A stretch of 63,865 nucleotides of DNA, counting the filler, from Hausera hauseri (lineage: Eukaryota): NCBI GenBank assembly GCA_046269625.1. It is 11 parts of 11 records of this genome, joined end to end, with 100 filler letters (N's around TTAATTAATTAA, not from the genome) between each part and the next. Parts side by side here need not be neighbours in the genome. Positions count along the whole stretch, not along the records: positions 1 to 6,443 come from JBJURY010100654.1; positions 6,544 to 11,320 come from JBJURY010439138.1; positions 11,421 to 17,458 come from JBJURY010149644.1; 8 more parts are not named here. One strand, written 5' to 3'. Positions 1 through 12,290 of the stretch are shown here, piece by piece. Made by a program: the position numbers and the translations under genes. Below the pieces are notes generated by a model that was not told the origin of the DNA, ran no database searches, and saw only the letters and a program-made list of their open reading frames with translations. How positions within the stretch are numbered: the first letter of the stretch is position 1; every line of letters begins with the position of its first letter.

Positions 1-349
1 GTATATTTGTATCCTTTTTTCTATCCCATGATTCATCCGTGAACCACATCAATTTTGTCTTCGCTGGAGGGGAGGTGTCTGGTGTCATGTGCGCCTTTCC
101 TCCTACTGTTATGTTAATCAATCTTTTTTGAAAGAGTCTTGAGTTCTTACTAAAGTAATGTGGTATATAAGAGCAAGTAACCTATAAATTGATACTATTT
201 ACCTATATAGTCGTCCTATATATTGAAATTATTTTACTGCATATTGCATGAGCTGAAAGGGATACGTATAAATAAATGTACTTATCAGGATACGAACAAG
301 TTAAACTCGAATCCAGAACAATTTCATAAAAGTATTGAATATTTCAAAA

Positions 350-3300
350 CCATACTCCAAACTCCGAAGCGACTTAGATGGAAACTTCTTCATATGCTAC
401 ACATTCACCTGGAAATTTACAGTAGCCAATATACGCACACCTATATTGGGTTCAGACTTTCTGTCCCACTGTAATTTACTTGCACACTTCAAACGATGTT
501 CCTTAAGGAGCAAAAATAATTTTAATCTAATTAGCAGCATTTCGGTGACCACCCGAGCGATCGCTTTGAGCAAGTCGATACTGAATCAAACGACGTCCGA
601 TTTAAGTTATTATTATAATCATTCATTATACAGAAATTTTTACTACGGTGACAAATACGATACAGCCAACTGCGTGGCACCTATTACTGATAGCACAACT
701 GCCAACACCATCTTCAACACGAATATCCTGCACCAAATATTACCCAATCAAAACACCTAGTCTACAACTCATACCTCAACTGCATCCAGTCACGGTGCAT
801 CGATACCATCGAATAAGTTTTCATTGTTGCCTACTGATCTACAGCAATACATTTCGTCTTCCTGCATGCGTCTGCTGCAAAAGAACAAATCATTTGTTCC
901 ATCTCAATCCACTATTCATCACATAGTAACAGCACATCAAAGACCAATACGTCAAAAGGTCCTCCCGCTATTGCCTCGCCGCAGACAGGCAGTGCAGGCT
1001 GAGTTTCTCGAAGTGGAAATATCAGGAATAATCAGAAGATCCAAATCGCCGTGGTCTTCACCACTGCATGTAGGTCCAAAAAAGATGATACCTTTCGCCC
1101 ATGCAGTGATTACGGCCAACTCTACATCATAACAACAATGGATACCTACCCTCTACATTACTCAACGATATCATTCACAGGCTCCATGGTTCCACCATTT
1201 TCTCCTGCATTGATTTGCACAAAGCATACCACCAAATTCCGATGGCCCAACAGACATTCCGAAAACGGCTGTCATTACACCTTTCGGCCTTTTCGAATAC
1301 CTTTTCATGCCTTTTGGACTCCGTAGCGCTTCTCAGACCTTCCAAGGGCATATTGATACAGTTTTCTCATGTTTAGACTTTTCTTATCCCTATACTGATG
1401 ATATCCTAATTGCGTCATCTTCCTCGAAACAACACTCCGAACACATACGTCTAATCTTCCAGCGCTTGCACCAAAACAATTTACAAATTAATTTTTCCAA
1501 CATAAAGTCAACTTTCTAGAAAATGTTATGAGCTCCTCGGACATTTACCTCAGTCAGACCGCACCACACAGCTCAAAAACATACAGCTACCACGTACATC
1601 AACGGTGATGCGTTCTTTCCTCGGAACCTTGCAATTTATTCATAAATATGTTCCACACTGTTCCACTCTAACTGCTTCATTTGCACCACTAAGCTCTGGA
1701 AAGAAAAAAACAGCCTATTCAATGGATCGCCAAACTAGTCAACGCTTTCGATCACCTCAAAGATAATCTAAAAACCGTAGAAATTCTGGCCTATCCCAAC
1801 TCCCATGAAGAATTCTTCTTATCCACGGACGCATCCACAACATCTCCAGGTGCTGTACCCCATCAAGTCAAAAGTGGATCCCCTGAGCCATTAGAATTCT
1901 TCTCTCGAAAATTCACAGCACAAGAGCAAAGATATTCCACCTTTGACAGAAAGTTACTTGCAATGGTCCTTGCCGTAAAACATTTTAAGCATCTGCTAAC
2001 CGCACGAACCCTTACAATACAAACAGACTACAAGCCCTTGCTTCAAATTCTCGCCATGAAATCGTCTTCTCCACGTCAGGAGAGGCAAATATCGTATTTT
2101 GTCCACATTTAATTTTGAAATTAAGCACCTAAATGTAGTCGACAATTTAGTCCCTATCGGTCAGCTTCATTGATTTTACACAAATTTTTTCTCAATCCAA
2201 ACTTTAACAAAACCAGCCACCTTCTGACATCCTTAAATCTTCTAAATCTTGCAAAACGATCGACGGTGCGGCCTTTGACACCTCAAAACCTAATAATCCC
2301 AAAATTGTTCTTTTTGAGTCGCTTTAAAAAGGAGCGTTCCACAGCGTACATTCGTTGCAACATCCTGGTGCCAAGGCCACTTTTCGCCTCGTACAGCGCC
2401 AAGTAGTATGGCCGTCGATGCGCTCTGACGTGAAGGCATGGGTTAGGCAGTGTGTGGCATGCCAAAATTACAAAGTTACTAAGCACCTAAAGCCACCACT
2501 ATTCCATTTTCCCTGCACGTCTCGCTTCGAATCTGTCCACATTGACATTGTAGGCCCATTACCCTTAGACAACGGTCATCAGTTTATCCTCACAATGATG
2601 GACCGTTCCTCGCGGTGTCCCGAAGCCGTCCCGCTTTGGAGTACTAACACAGAAACCATTGCAGACATTTTCGTCCGCACTTGGATCAGCAGGTTTGGAT
2701 GACTTCGCCATATCATTTCGGACCAAGGTCCACAATTCGAATCCAAGCTGTTTACAGCTCTTGTCAATCGATTGGGAATTAACCACATTCACACGTCACC
2801 ATATAATCCCCAATCAAATGGCCTACTTGAACGCTTTCACCGAACGATAAAAACGTCTCTCAAAATCCTTGCTGAGTTTAATCGCAGTTGGACTACACTC
2901 CTTCCGTATATCCTGCTTGGCTGGAGGAACACACAAACTACTTCTGCAGACTGTTTACCTGCAAAAACATTATTTGGCAATTCCATCAGATCATTATTCG
3001 AGCTGACTAAGCTGGGCAATACTCTTACAGACGAAACCATACAAGCGGCACAGAGACACTTCGTTGAAATTAGCAAAGACTCATTTTTCAGATTGTTACA
3101 CGGAAATAAATCCTACATGCCCCAAGATTTATATACTGCCAAGTTTGTTTGGTTGAAAAATCAGACACTGTGCGGTTTTCAACCTCAGTATGTTGGCCCC
3201 TAAAAAGTAATTCGCTTACACTTTTACAACATCATCATTCTCAAAGACGACAAAGAAGTAACAGTTTACATCAACAACGCTAAACCGGCTTTCTTCATTG
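350..3300 (+). mobile_element. Degenerate Ty3/gypsy (Mag-like) pol remnant: PR C-terminus, RT, RNase H, integrase
   Basis: Motifs PILGSDFL, SKSPWSSPLHV, MPFGLRSASQTFQ, YTDDILIAS, LSTDAS, TDYKPL, HPGAKAT...CVAC, VHIDIVGPLP and PYNPQSNGLLERFHRT; many frameshifts and stops. Confidence 0.95.
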
Positions 3301-4219
3301 ACAACATGTCTCCCATCTAAACCACTTTTCCACCAACATTTTCGCACGACGCGCAGCAATCCAACAATTCACCTTCCATCTCTGCTCAATGTTTTAATCC
3401 ACTTTCTCCTACGTTTTCTCCCAAAACGTCCACTTCAATTTCTTCTCACAAATCAGCCGCTTTCTCCCCATCTGATTTTGCACCTTCAAGCCTTTCAATA
3501 CCTCTTTCATCCCCTGATAACAACCTGCTTTCTCCTTTTACAGTACTTCCTTCACCAAACACCACTTCGACTTCATCAATCTCTCCATCTGCTCATTTCA
3601 TCATTCAAGCCTCTTACACACCACCTTCCAAACATTTTCCTTCGCTTTTCCATCTTCTTTCTCTCTTCCGTTTTATACCTTTTCGCAAACATCTCCCTCT
3701 CTCTTCTTTTCTTCTTTCCCACCTTCCTCATCTTTGGTGCCTTCTTTCACCCTCTTTCTTAGCACTTCGTCTTTTACCCCTTTCATTTTCGCCTGGCAAC
3801 TTCCTCGATTTTCTTCAATCTCTACCTCTTTTTCTTTCTCCACCACCACCTCTGTTTTATCTTCCACGTCCACTCTTGCGCTTCATACAATTCCAACTTC
3901 TACTCCAATATTTGTCTGTCCTCCTTCATCCGCCATTACACCTCTTTTCAATCCTTTGTCTTTCAATACTCTCTTGAACACCTCAACCGTCATTCTCCCA
4001 CAACCTTTCTTTCTTCTTCACCTTATTCTTCGCTTTATTCTAACCCATCTTTGCACGACTCAACACTCACAACAAAATCCGACAATTTTTTCCCAACTTT
4101 AAACTCTGCAAGCAAACACATCGCATAAAGATAAAACACGCAGAGTCACATTTAGCAAGTATAGCAAGGAAAAATCAGCAGAAGGCACCCAACGTCTTGT
4201 CCACACTAAGACCAACTGA
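3300..4219 (+). other. Pyrimidine-rich region encoding a Ser/Thr/Pro-rich C-terminal tail of integrase (degenerate)
   Basis: Follows the integrase end motif (VYINNAKPAF) and ends in KTRRVTFSKYS...LVHTKT. Similar tails follow the same motif at about 22790 and 34310. Confidence 0.6.
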
Positions 4220-4290
4220 TACAGACACTTTTTCGTTTAGTGATTTTTTCTTTCCGTCTGTTTTGATCTTCGTAATTTTCATTTTGCCAC

Positions 4291-4406
4291 GGGGGAGGGG
4301 TGATATGGTGCCCATAGAGGCCGGTGCCCTTTGGCCCATTTGGTCGGGCACAGCCGGGCGTCCGCTACCGCCACGTCGGGCCCATAAACGGACCTCGATC
4401 TTCCGC
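4291..4406 (+). mobile_element. Polypurine tract plus start of the 3' LTR
   Basis: GGGGGAGGGGTGA (4291-4303) is followed by TATGGTGCCC...; the next ~100 bp closely match 53472-53561, which starts with TG. Confidence 0.8.
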
Positions 4407-6443
4407 TTGTTTCACTTCACTCACTCGTCATTGTTTCCTCTACCTCCGAATGCAATATGCAGAAGTCTAGACAAGTATGAAGAGATTTTCAATGAAAGTT
4501 ATTTTAGTGCATTAAATATTAGTACGGAATTCAAAACAAGTGCTAGCTGGAATCTATCCGAATTCGATGTCCAATCAATTTCCAAGACTTCATGTCCAAT
4601 TCCTGTGAACTCAGTTGACGTTAATAGAAACAATTCATTAGATAAATCATTAATTAAAGGACCTTTATCTGTTGAATCTTTTGAGTCTAATAATGATGCA
4701 TCTAGCAAATAGCCAAAAATACGGAATGAACGTGTTACTGCCACTGATTCCTTATTAATTAAAACTCTTTCACATGAAGACCACCTTGTTGAAGTTTTTG
4801 TAAACAAATCAGCTTGAATCTAATAGTGTACTAATTTATCTGGATCTGAGTGTTTAAAGCTCGTCCATGAATGAGCCGTTTGCGAAATCAGTTAAATCAA
4901 AAATAAATTGATTATATCGAAACAGCAATTCTACAAAAGAACTAATTGAACCTTCAACGAGTGAAACTTCGGAAAATCGAGTAAATCCATCTAATGTAAA
5001 ACGGTTTCGGATGAAGCTCAAATAAAGCATAATTCATTAACAAGAAAGTTGAACAGGTTAGCATCATTAAACGAAAAGAATATTCTGTCTGATATTAAAC
5101 CTCAATTTAATCTTTATCTCCGATTTATGCAGATATTTTTTGAATATTCGGTAAACACTCAACAATTCAAATAGTGTCTCATTCACATCTGATGGCCATT
5201 CGATAAATACTCCTTTGGCACAAAGCAGGTGTTTAAATAACACTTTAGCACCCACCAAAACTTCCAAATGCAATCCAAAGAAGTATACAAATTCAAATAT
5301 GTCGGTACAAAGTATGGAGATTTCTAATACTTCATCACCACAAGTCTGTCCAATAAATAAATCGTCTGATAATCATTCTCATGGACTGACGTCAAGTAAC
5401 GCCTGCAAAACCTGTAAATTGTCAATGGAGAATTGTGCCTGTACCATACGGATTTGTTATTTTCATTTAGCTGTAAAAACAATGAAAGTTTCCAGGAATG
5501 AAATCTATTCTACCCAATAACCGGATTCGCCGACCTTATATATATATAGATATTTTTTGCGATGTTTTTATTTAAAAAAAATAAAAATAATTTCTTTTGT
5601 TGACAATTGACTTTAAAAAATTGAATTTCTCAGCCATATTACGTTTTGCCAAAAATCTTACTATTCAGTTACAATCGAAAGTTTCTAGCTTCAATTTCGA
5701 TTTTATTTGTCAAGTACAACGATTTGTTCTATTCTAACGGTTTGAATTTGGAATTATCATTAGCCAAAACACGTCGTTATTTTTGCGAGGATCTTACAAC
5801 TGTAATCAGCGGTCAGGAATGAATGAGAGAAAATGCGGTGAATGAGAGCTGTGATTAAGCAACAGCTAACCTACACCTGTTACATATCAGTTAACAAATC
5901 ACCAGCGGTAAAGGATGAATCTGTAGTTATTGAATTGCCTTTTTTGATCAAATTAGCAAGACATAATGTGAAAAATATGGTTGCTAGCATTAGTTGGTAG
6001 AAACTATTAGTTGACAGATCCGAGAATTTATAGAAATTTTGATGAGATTTGAGAACTAAACAATTGATGCGAATTAATAGTTAATTCTTCCAACACAAAA
6101 TTAAGAGCATTTATAACAAGTTTCACAGCGTCATCCAATTTTAATTCAGTTGAATCAAAAACGCCTAGTGGTAAAATAAACGTTAAAAGTTTAAACAATT
6201 GTGGTATATGAATTTGTTTCACACCGACAATATTACATACTAAATGTTATTGACGGATGTCAAAGCAGTAAAAAAGAAACTCTAACGTCTGTAATCGGTA
6301 ACATTACCTGATATTATCTGACATATTTTGTATACTTGATATTATAGGCCATGGTTCGAAATTAATTCTTATCACGATTTACTCAAAAATTCGTACTTAT
6401 GATAAATTGACTTAGTGAACTTCAATAAAATGCAAAACAAATA

Positions 6444-6543
6444 NNNNNNNNNNNNNNNNNNNNNNNNNNNNNNNNNNNNNNNNNNNNTTAATTAATTAAN
6501 NNNNNNNNNNNNNNNNNNNNNNNNNNNNNNNNNNNNNNNNNNN
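6444..6543. other. Artificial contig linker (N44-TTAATTAATTAA-N44, stops in all six frames); 10 copies in the window
   Basis: Identical linkers at 6444-6543, 11321-11420, 17459-17558, 22653-22752, 28229-28328, 33292-33391, 38412-38511, 47935-48034, 52240-52339 and 59246-59345. Confidence 0.98.
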
Positions 6544-6599
6544 TGTACTTGGAAAATCATTTATGCACTGATTCCATCTATAGCCAGTTGCTTTTTGAT

Positions 6600-8545
6600 T
6601 TAAAAAGGCGCTGAATGGAAACAGAAAAGAAACAAGAATGAGAAGACGGTAATAATGATAAGGATAAACCTCCAGCAAAGATGATAAACGTGAGAAGACT
6701 TAAACCAGTAGAAAATACTAAAAAGACATGGAGTCTGATTACTACCCGAAGTAAGAAGCAAAGAACCTTACTATCAGATATTTCACAAATGAGAAGGTGG
6801 AACGAGTACCCATTGTAACAGCAACGCTTTATGTCTCCTGACGAATGTATAAATATACATTGCTCGAGTGACTTAGACAACTATGATCCTAAGCATGTAA
6901 AGCTGATGTTTTGTCCATCCGCCCCAAAGGCGGCATTGATAACTAGTATAGGTGGAGGTAAAATAATACCAAGAACAGTAATTTGGATAGATGAATACCC
7001 CATCACCGCAATAATAGATACAGGGGCATCTGTCTCAATGATTTCGCGTAAACAGTTGCCCGAACAATTAAAGAAAAAGCTACAGAAACCTATGGAAGAC
7101 ATCACGAATGTCGGAGCATTTGGAACTAAAGTACAAGTGAAGGATTTGATCAAATGTGAGACAAAAGTTCTTAACCAAAAGTTTGAACAAGAATTTAGAA
7201 TAATAGACGAACTGGTGGCTGAAGCTATACTGGGGTGTGATGCACTAGCAAAATTAACGAACATGTGTATACACTTGGAGACCTAACAAATCCAACCACA
7301 TCAGAAAACAAAGAGTGAGAAAAAGGACACTGTATCCATTAATGAAGATGTGCGAATACCAGCTAGAACAGAGATTATACTCAAAGCTTTGGTAGAAGGC
7401 CGAGATGAAGGAAATGTATACATCGAACCAAAGGTAAACTTTATGGATAAGAATGAATTATGGATTGCTCATGTGATAGACAATATTCGAAAACAACAAG
7501 TAATTGTTTGAATAGCCAATACCTCAAATAAACCTAAGCTATTGAGAAAAGATATAAGAATTGCCTATATATATAGTAAAAGATATAGGCAATAATGAAA
7601 CGGAAGCCATTATCTCTACTGTACAGAAGTTGTCGGAATTCATGGAAAAACAACGACATAAATTACGAAAAAAAAGTGGAATACGATTAAAAAATGAACC
7701 AATAAATAAATTGAAAAGCCATCTCAACAAAAATAAGAAAATAACAAAATTCGTTAAGACCCCTATTAACTGGAACGATTATGATTTGTTTGGCAGGGAT
7801 AGGACATTGACAGATGTGGAGAAAGAAGGTATAATAAAAATATGACACTAATGTAAAAAGGTATTTTCAGTAGATGAATATGATATGGGAATAATACCAG
7901 TAATCAAACATGGAATTAAATTAAAGGAAGGAATGAAGACTCCCATTAAAAAGAGACCGTATAGGCTTAATTATGGTAAAAGAGAAAGGGCAAAAGAAAT
8001 AATAGCTGAGATGAAACAACATGATATAATTCGACCAAGTAATTAGCCATTGGCAGCTCCAATTGTAATGGTACAAAAGAAAGATGGGTCAATTAGAATG
8101 TGTGTGGATTACCGTGCCTTGAACGAAGTAACTATAGACAACACTTATCCGTTATCCAGAATCGATGAAATATTGGATAAATTGAAGGATAAAACGTTCT
8201 TTACTACGTTAGATTTACAAAAAGGATTCTGGCAAATAGAAGTTTAAGAAGAGGATAAACAAAAGACGGCTTTTGTAACTGCTTATGGACATTATGAATT
8301 CAACAGGATGGCATTCGGGATAAAAAATGTTCCAGCAACATTTCAACGGCCATGGATATAATTACAATGGATGCTCCACATATAATATGTTACGTATACG
8401 ATGTAATAATTGCATCAACCGATTATAAGCAGCATAACTAGTATATTAAATATATTTTGGAGAGGTGTGCATTACTTGGAATAAAAATTGGTCTCAAAAA
8501 TGCTGTTTTGCTCGAACCGAAGTAGACTTTTTGTGTCATAAATCA
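6600..8545 (+). mobile_element. Degenerate Ty3/gypsy pol remnant (A-rich family): aspartic protease and N-terminal RT
   Basis: [82 protein letters not shown]. Confidence 0.93.
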
Positions 8546-8882
8546 ATATTTCGAATTAAGCAAAATGTGCATTTAAAGCCTAATAAAGCGGAAATCGATA
8601 AATCCATAAGCGGGACGGGATAGGAAGTCATGTATGTTGAACTGGAATATAATGTTAGATATTCGAATTCGAGTGTACAAGTCGAATAATTAGCTATTTG
8701 AACTCGATTATTCGGTCAAACATGCATTATTCGAAGAATCTAATGACGTCATTCGATTCTCCATGGTCGAAGACCTTAAATTTGGCACCGCCGTGTATTT
8801 AATTCAATTGATGCATTAAAACAAAAGTGCATTAAAACCATAACGACTTTCGTGCCAAAGGAAAATCAAAGTTGCAGTTCAA

Positions 8883-11320
8883 ATGTGTATAGCACATGTG
8901 TAATACACAACTCTCAAGATTGCCACAATACCGTGAGGATCTATTATGGGCACAGATTCAATAGGATCATTTATTATATCTGCCCTGGATGTAAGGTTGT
9001 ATGTGATGGAGAATACATACAGTTTTATGATGATCACAAACATCATTTGACTGACTTTACATCAAAGTCAAAGATGGTCATCTTTAATGAACATAAGCCA
9101 GTTGCACAGCCTGCAATACAGCCAGATGCAGGACTAAAACGCGCATCAGGCGCATCAGACGCAGCGGCTCCAACAAAGAGTCAAAGACAGCGGCCAGTTG
9201 ATGCTGCAGCATTAAAGAGGAAATTCTGCAAGCATGTCATTGATGCAACTGGTCAAACAACCATCAAGGAGTTCGTGAAGTACACAGGAAGAAACAGAAG
9301 GAATTCTCCAGGACAACATAGCTGAGCTCAAGGCCATTAAGGCTAATATGAAACTTGAGGCCACATATGTCAATGTTGATGGCGAAGAGTCCAAAAGGGT
9401 CTTCAAGACCAAAAATTAGACCCATTTTTGAAGCCACCAATATAGTAGAATGGCTGCATGAAGAGCATGCAAAGCTGATTCGTGAAGCCGATGAGATCCA
9501 GGATAAGAAGATCGGATGGACTCTGGCAACCATCAAGAGATTGCTTGTGTATGTGCACAAATTCCCTCCCATGCGGGGTAGTTCATATATTCAACTCCTT
9601 GTTTGGATCGCTAATAAAAAAAACGTCAATTTCCATAATAATGACAACATGTGTTTCATGTATGCTATTTTATCAAAACTTGTGCCTGATCAACATGATG
9701 CTTCACGAGTTTGGCAATATAAGGATGTGCAGCACAACTATGACTCCCAATGTATTACATTCCCTCCATCCTTATATGAAATTAAAAAGTTCAGCCGAAT
9801 CAACAACATATCAACCAACATCTTTGGATTGGATGAGGAGGACAAATTCTATCCCCTTCAGATATATTATAATGAATTGGAAGATCGAAGGGATTTGCTC
9901 CTACTAGACGATGGATAAAAGAAACATTATGTTTGGATCAAGAATTTTGAGCGTCTAGTCCGATCCCAAATTACGAATCATCATGGACAAATAGAAATAT
10001 GTAAGCGATGCCTGTCTCATTTCAGTGGCGATTCAGCAGTGGACAAGCTTGCAGAGCACAAGATTTACTGCAACAACAATTATTGTGTAAGGCCAGAATT
10101 TCCCAAGGAGGACTACATTGAATTCAAGGAGTTCGAGAAGAAGATCAAGGTCCCAATAGTTATCTATTGCAACTTTGAAGCTATTCTCTGGCCAGTTCAC
10201 TGCTGAACTCTCATTATATTGCATATATGCCAAAGTACTGGACATTGAACCATATCTATTCAGAGGTCCAGGTGCAGCAGCACATTTCATGAAACGACTT
10301 GAAGACATGGCTCATAAGCTTGAAAAAATGCTGAAACAACATAAGTGCGTCATGTGCATGTCTTGGATGAAAAAAGAAGTATGGAGCAAGGCAACATCGT
10401 GCTGCCTGTGCGACAAGTCATTCACCAAGGAAAATTGGAAAGTCAAGGATCACTGCCACTTTACAGGTGCATATCGTTGCGCAGCATGTAACAACTGCAA
10501 TTTTCGCTGCAAAACATGCACATATGTGCCTGTAGTATTCCATAATCTCAGCGGCTATGACAACCACTTCAAAGTCCAAGAATTAGGCAACATTGATTGT
10601 AATATAGATATAATCCCCAGCAGTGAGGAGAAATATATCACTTTCACTAAGTATGTTGGTAAAATCAGATTTCGATTTAATCGATAATTTACGATTAATG
10701 TCGTCTTCATTGGACAGTTTAGTGAAGAACCTGCCTGTTGAAGAACTCAAGGAAACGAAGCGATTCTTTCCGGATACCTCTGACCTGGGTAAAAGGAAAG
10801 GAGTGTTTCCCTATGATTATATAACATCATGGTAAACACTAAATAAGTCCTCATTACCAAGGATGGCTTTTACAGCCAGTTGTCGGACTGCAATATGAAT
10901 AATCAGGACTACCAACATGCTCAGGACGTCTGGCAGGCATTCCAGTGCAGAACATTAGGGGAATATAGTGATATATATTTCCAAACAGATGTGATGCTGC
11001 TGACAGATGTCTTTGAAAGTTTCAGGGATGTCACAATGAAGAGCCGTACTTTGGATCCAGCTCATTTCTTCACGGCTCCAGGGATGAGCTGGGCAGCAAT
11101 GCTGCGCTATACAGATATCAGCCTACAAATCATTAAGGACTACGACATGATCCTTATGATCGAAAGAGGCATTAGAGGAGGAATATGCCAAGTCATTCAC
11201 CAGTATAGTGAGGCCAACAACAAATATATAACTGAATACGACACAACAAAGGAGTCATCATATATTTCTTACCTGGATGCCAACAACTTGTATGGATGGG
11301 CAATGAGCGCCCCATTGCCA
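8883..11320 (+). mobile_element. Polinton/Maverick (adintovirus-type) protein-primed DNA polymerase B, frameshifted, truncated at the contig end
   Basis: GSSYIQL, NNDNMCFMYAIL, endonuclease-VII-like CxxC...DHCHFTG...ACNNCN, VVFHNLSGYD, KGVFPYDY, DVMLLTDVFE, GIRGG and motif A YLDANNLYGWAM. Confidence 0.92.
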
Positions 11321-12290
11321 NNNNNNNNNNNNNNNNNNNNNNNNNNNNNNNNNNNNNNNNNNNNTTAATTAATTAANNNNNNNNNNNNNNNNNNNNNNNN
11401 NNNNNNNNNNNNNNNNNNNNTGTCTGGGTTAATGCTAAAGCTAACAGGCTAAGCTGAGGTTCTTCTTCCATGAAGCAGCTCTGTTGTCCTCCATCCACAT
11501 TTTCAGCTGCAGACTGAGTCATTTCTACATTCTCCTCTCTGTCAACACTCTCTGGTTTCATTTAAAAGAGCCGATCGTCAGATATTGTCCAAGATTAACC
11601 TTCATAGCTGCTAGCATCCTTCCACCAATGACCTACCCACGTCATCATTTACCCAGAATACTTTGCATGTAAATAAAATTGCCGCATTCGTGTAATAAAT
11701 TTTTAAACTTTTATTTTAAAAATTATAAAAACTAAACACCTTACAGTAATTTTACAGTCTGCATTTTACAGATGAATTAAATGTTTTTCAAATAAAGTCT
11801 AATGTTACAACTAATCAGGGATCCTTTTAAATTTTAAAGTAAAGAAGTAAAAGTATCATTTTTAGCTTTAAAATATAACAAAATAAAAGTAAAAGTAGCT
11901 ACATAAAAAAGTAACTACAAATCCTCAAAAAACACTTAAGTAGTGTAACAAAGTAAATGTACTTAGTTACTATAGAGCTGTGGTATTGACAAAGAAAGTT
12001 GTAGTTTGTGTAAATAATTTCTCCATGAACTACTGTGGAAACTACCAGCAGGACTTTCAGCTGAAAGGAAACTTCTATTGTTCCTCACAAATCTGCAGAT
12101 GATGGCAGGAAGTGATGTGTTGTGAGTTTGCTGTTGCTTCAGTATCAACATGTTTTGTAAAGCCCACAGATGTATCCTAACTTGTTCTAGGACCCCCATT
12201 ATAGGTGGTCTTTAAGTAATGTGATGTCAAGAAGACGTGTTGCATTTCCATGACAGTGGTTCTGATGGCTCACAAATCAGCTCCACTCAC

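Noticed and set aside
66-330. PPT plus LTR start (GGAGGGGAGGTG|TCTGGTGTC)
   Set aside because: Plausible, but there is no TG start, second copy or defined end in the window.
3298-4102. Hydrophobic F/L-rich ORFs as an env or membrane protein
   Set aside because: They are alternative frames of a CT-rich low-complexity tract.
6488-6499. Recurring TTAATTAATTAA palindrome
   Set aside because: It is a synthetic six-frame-stop linker inside N runs.
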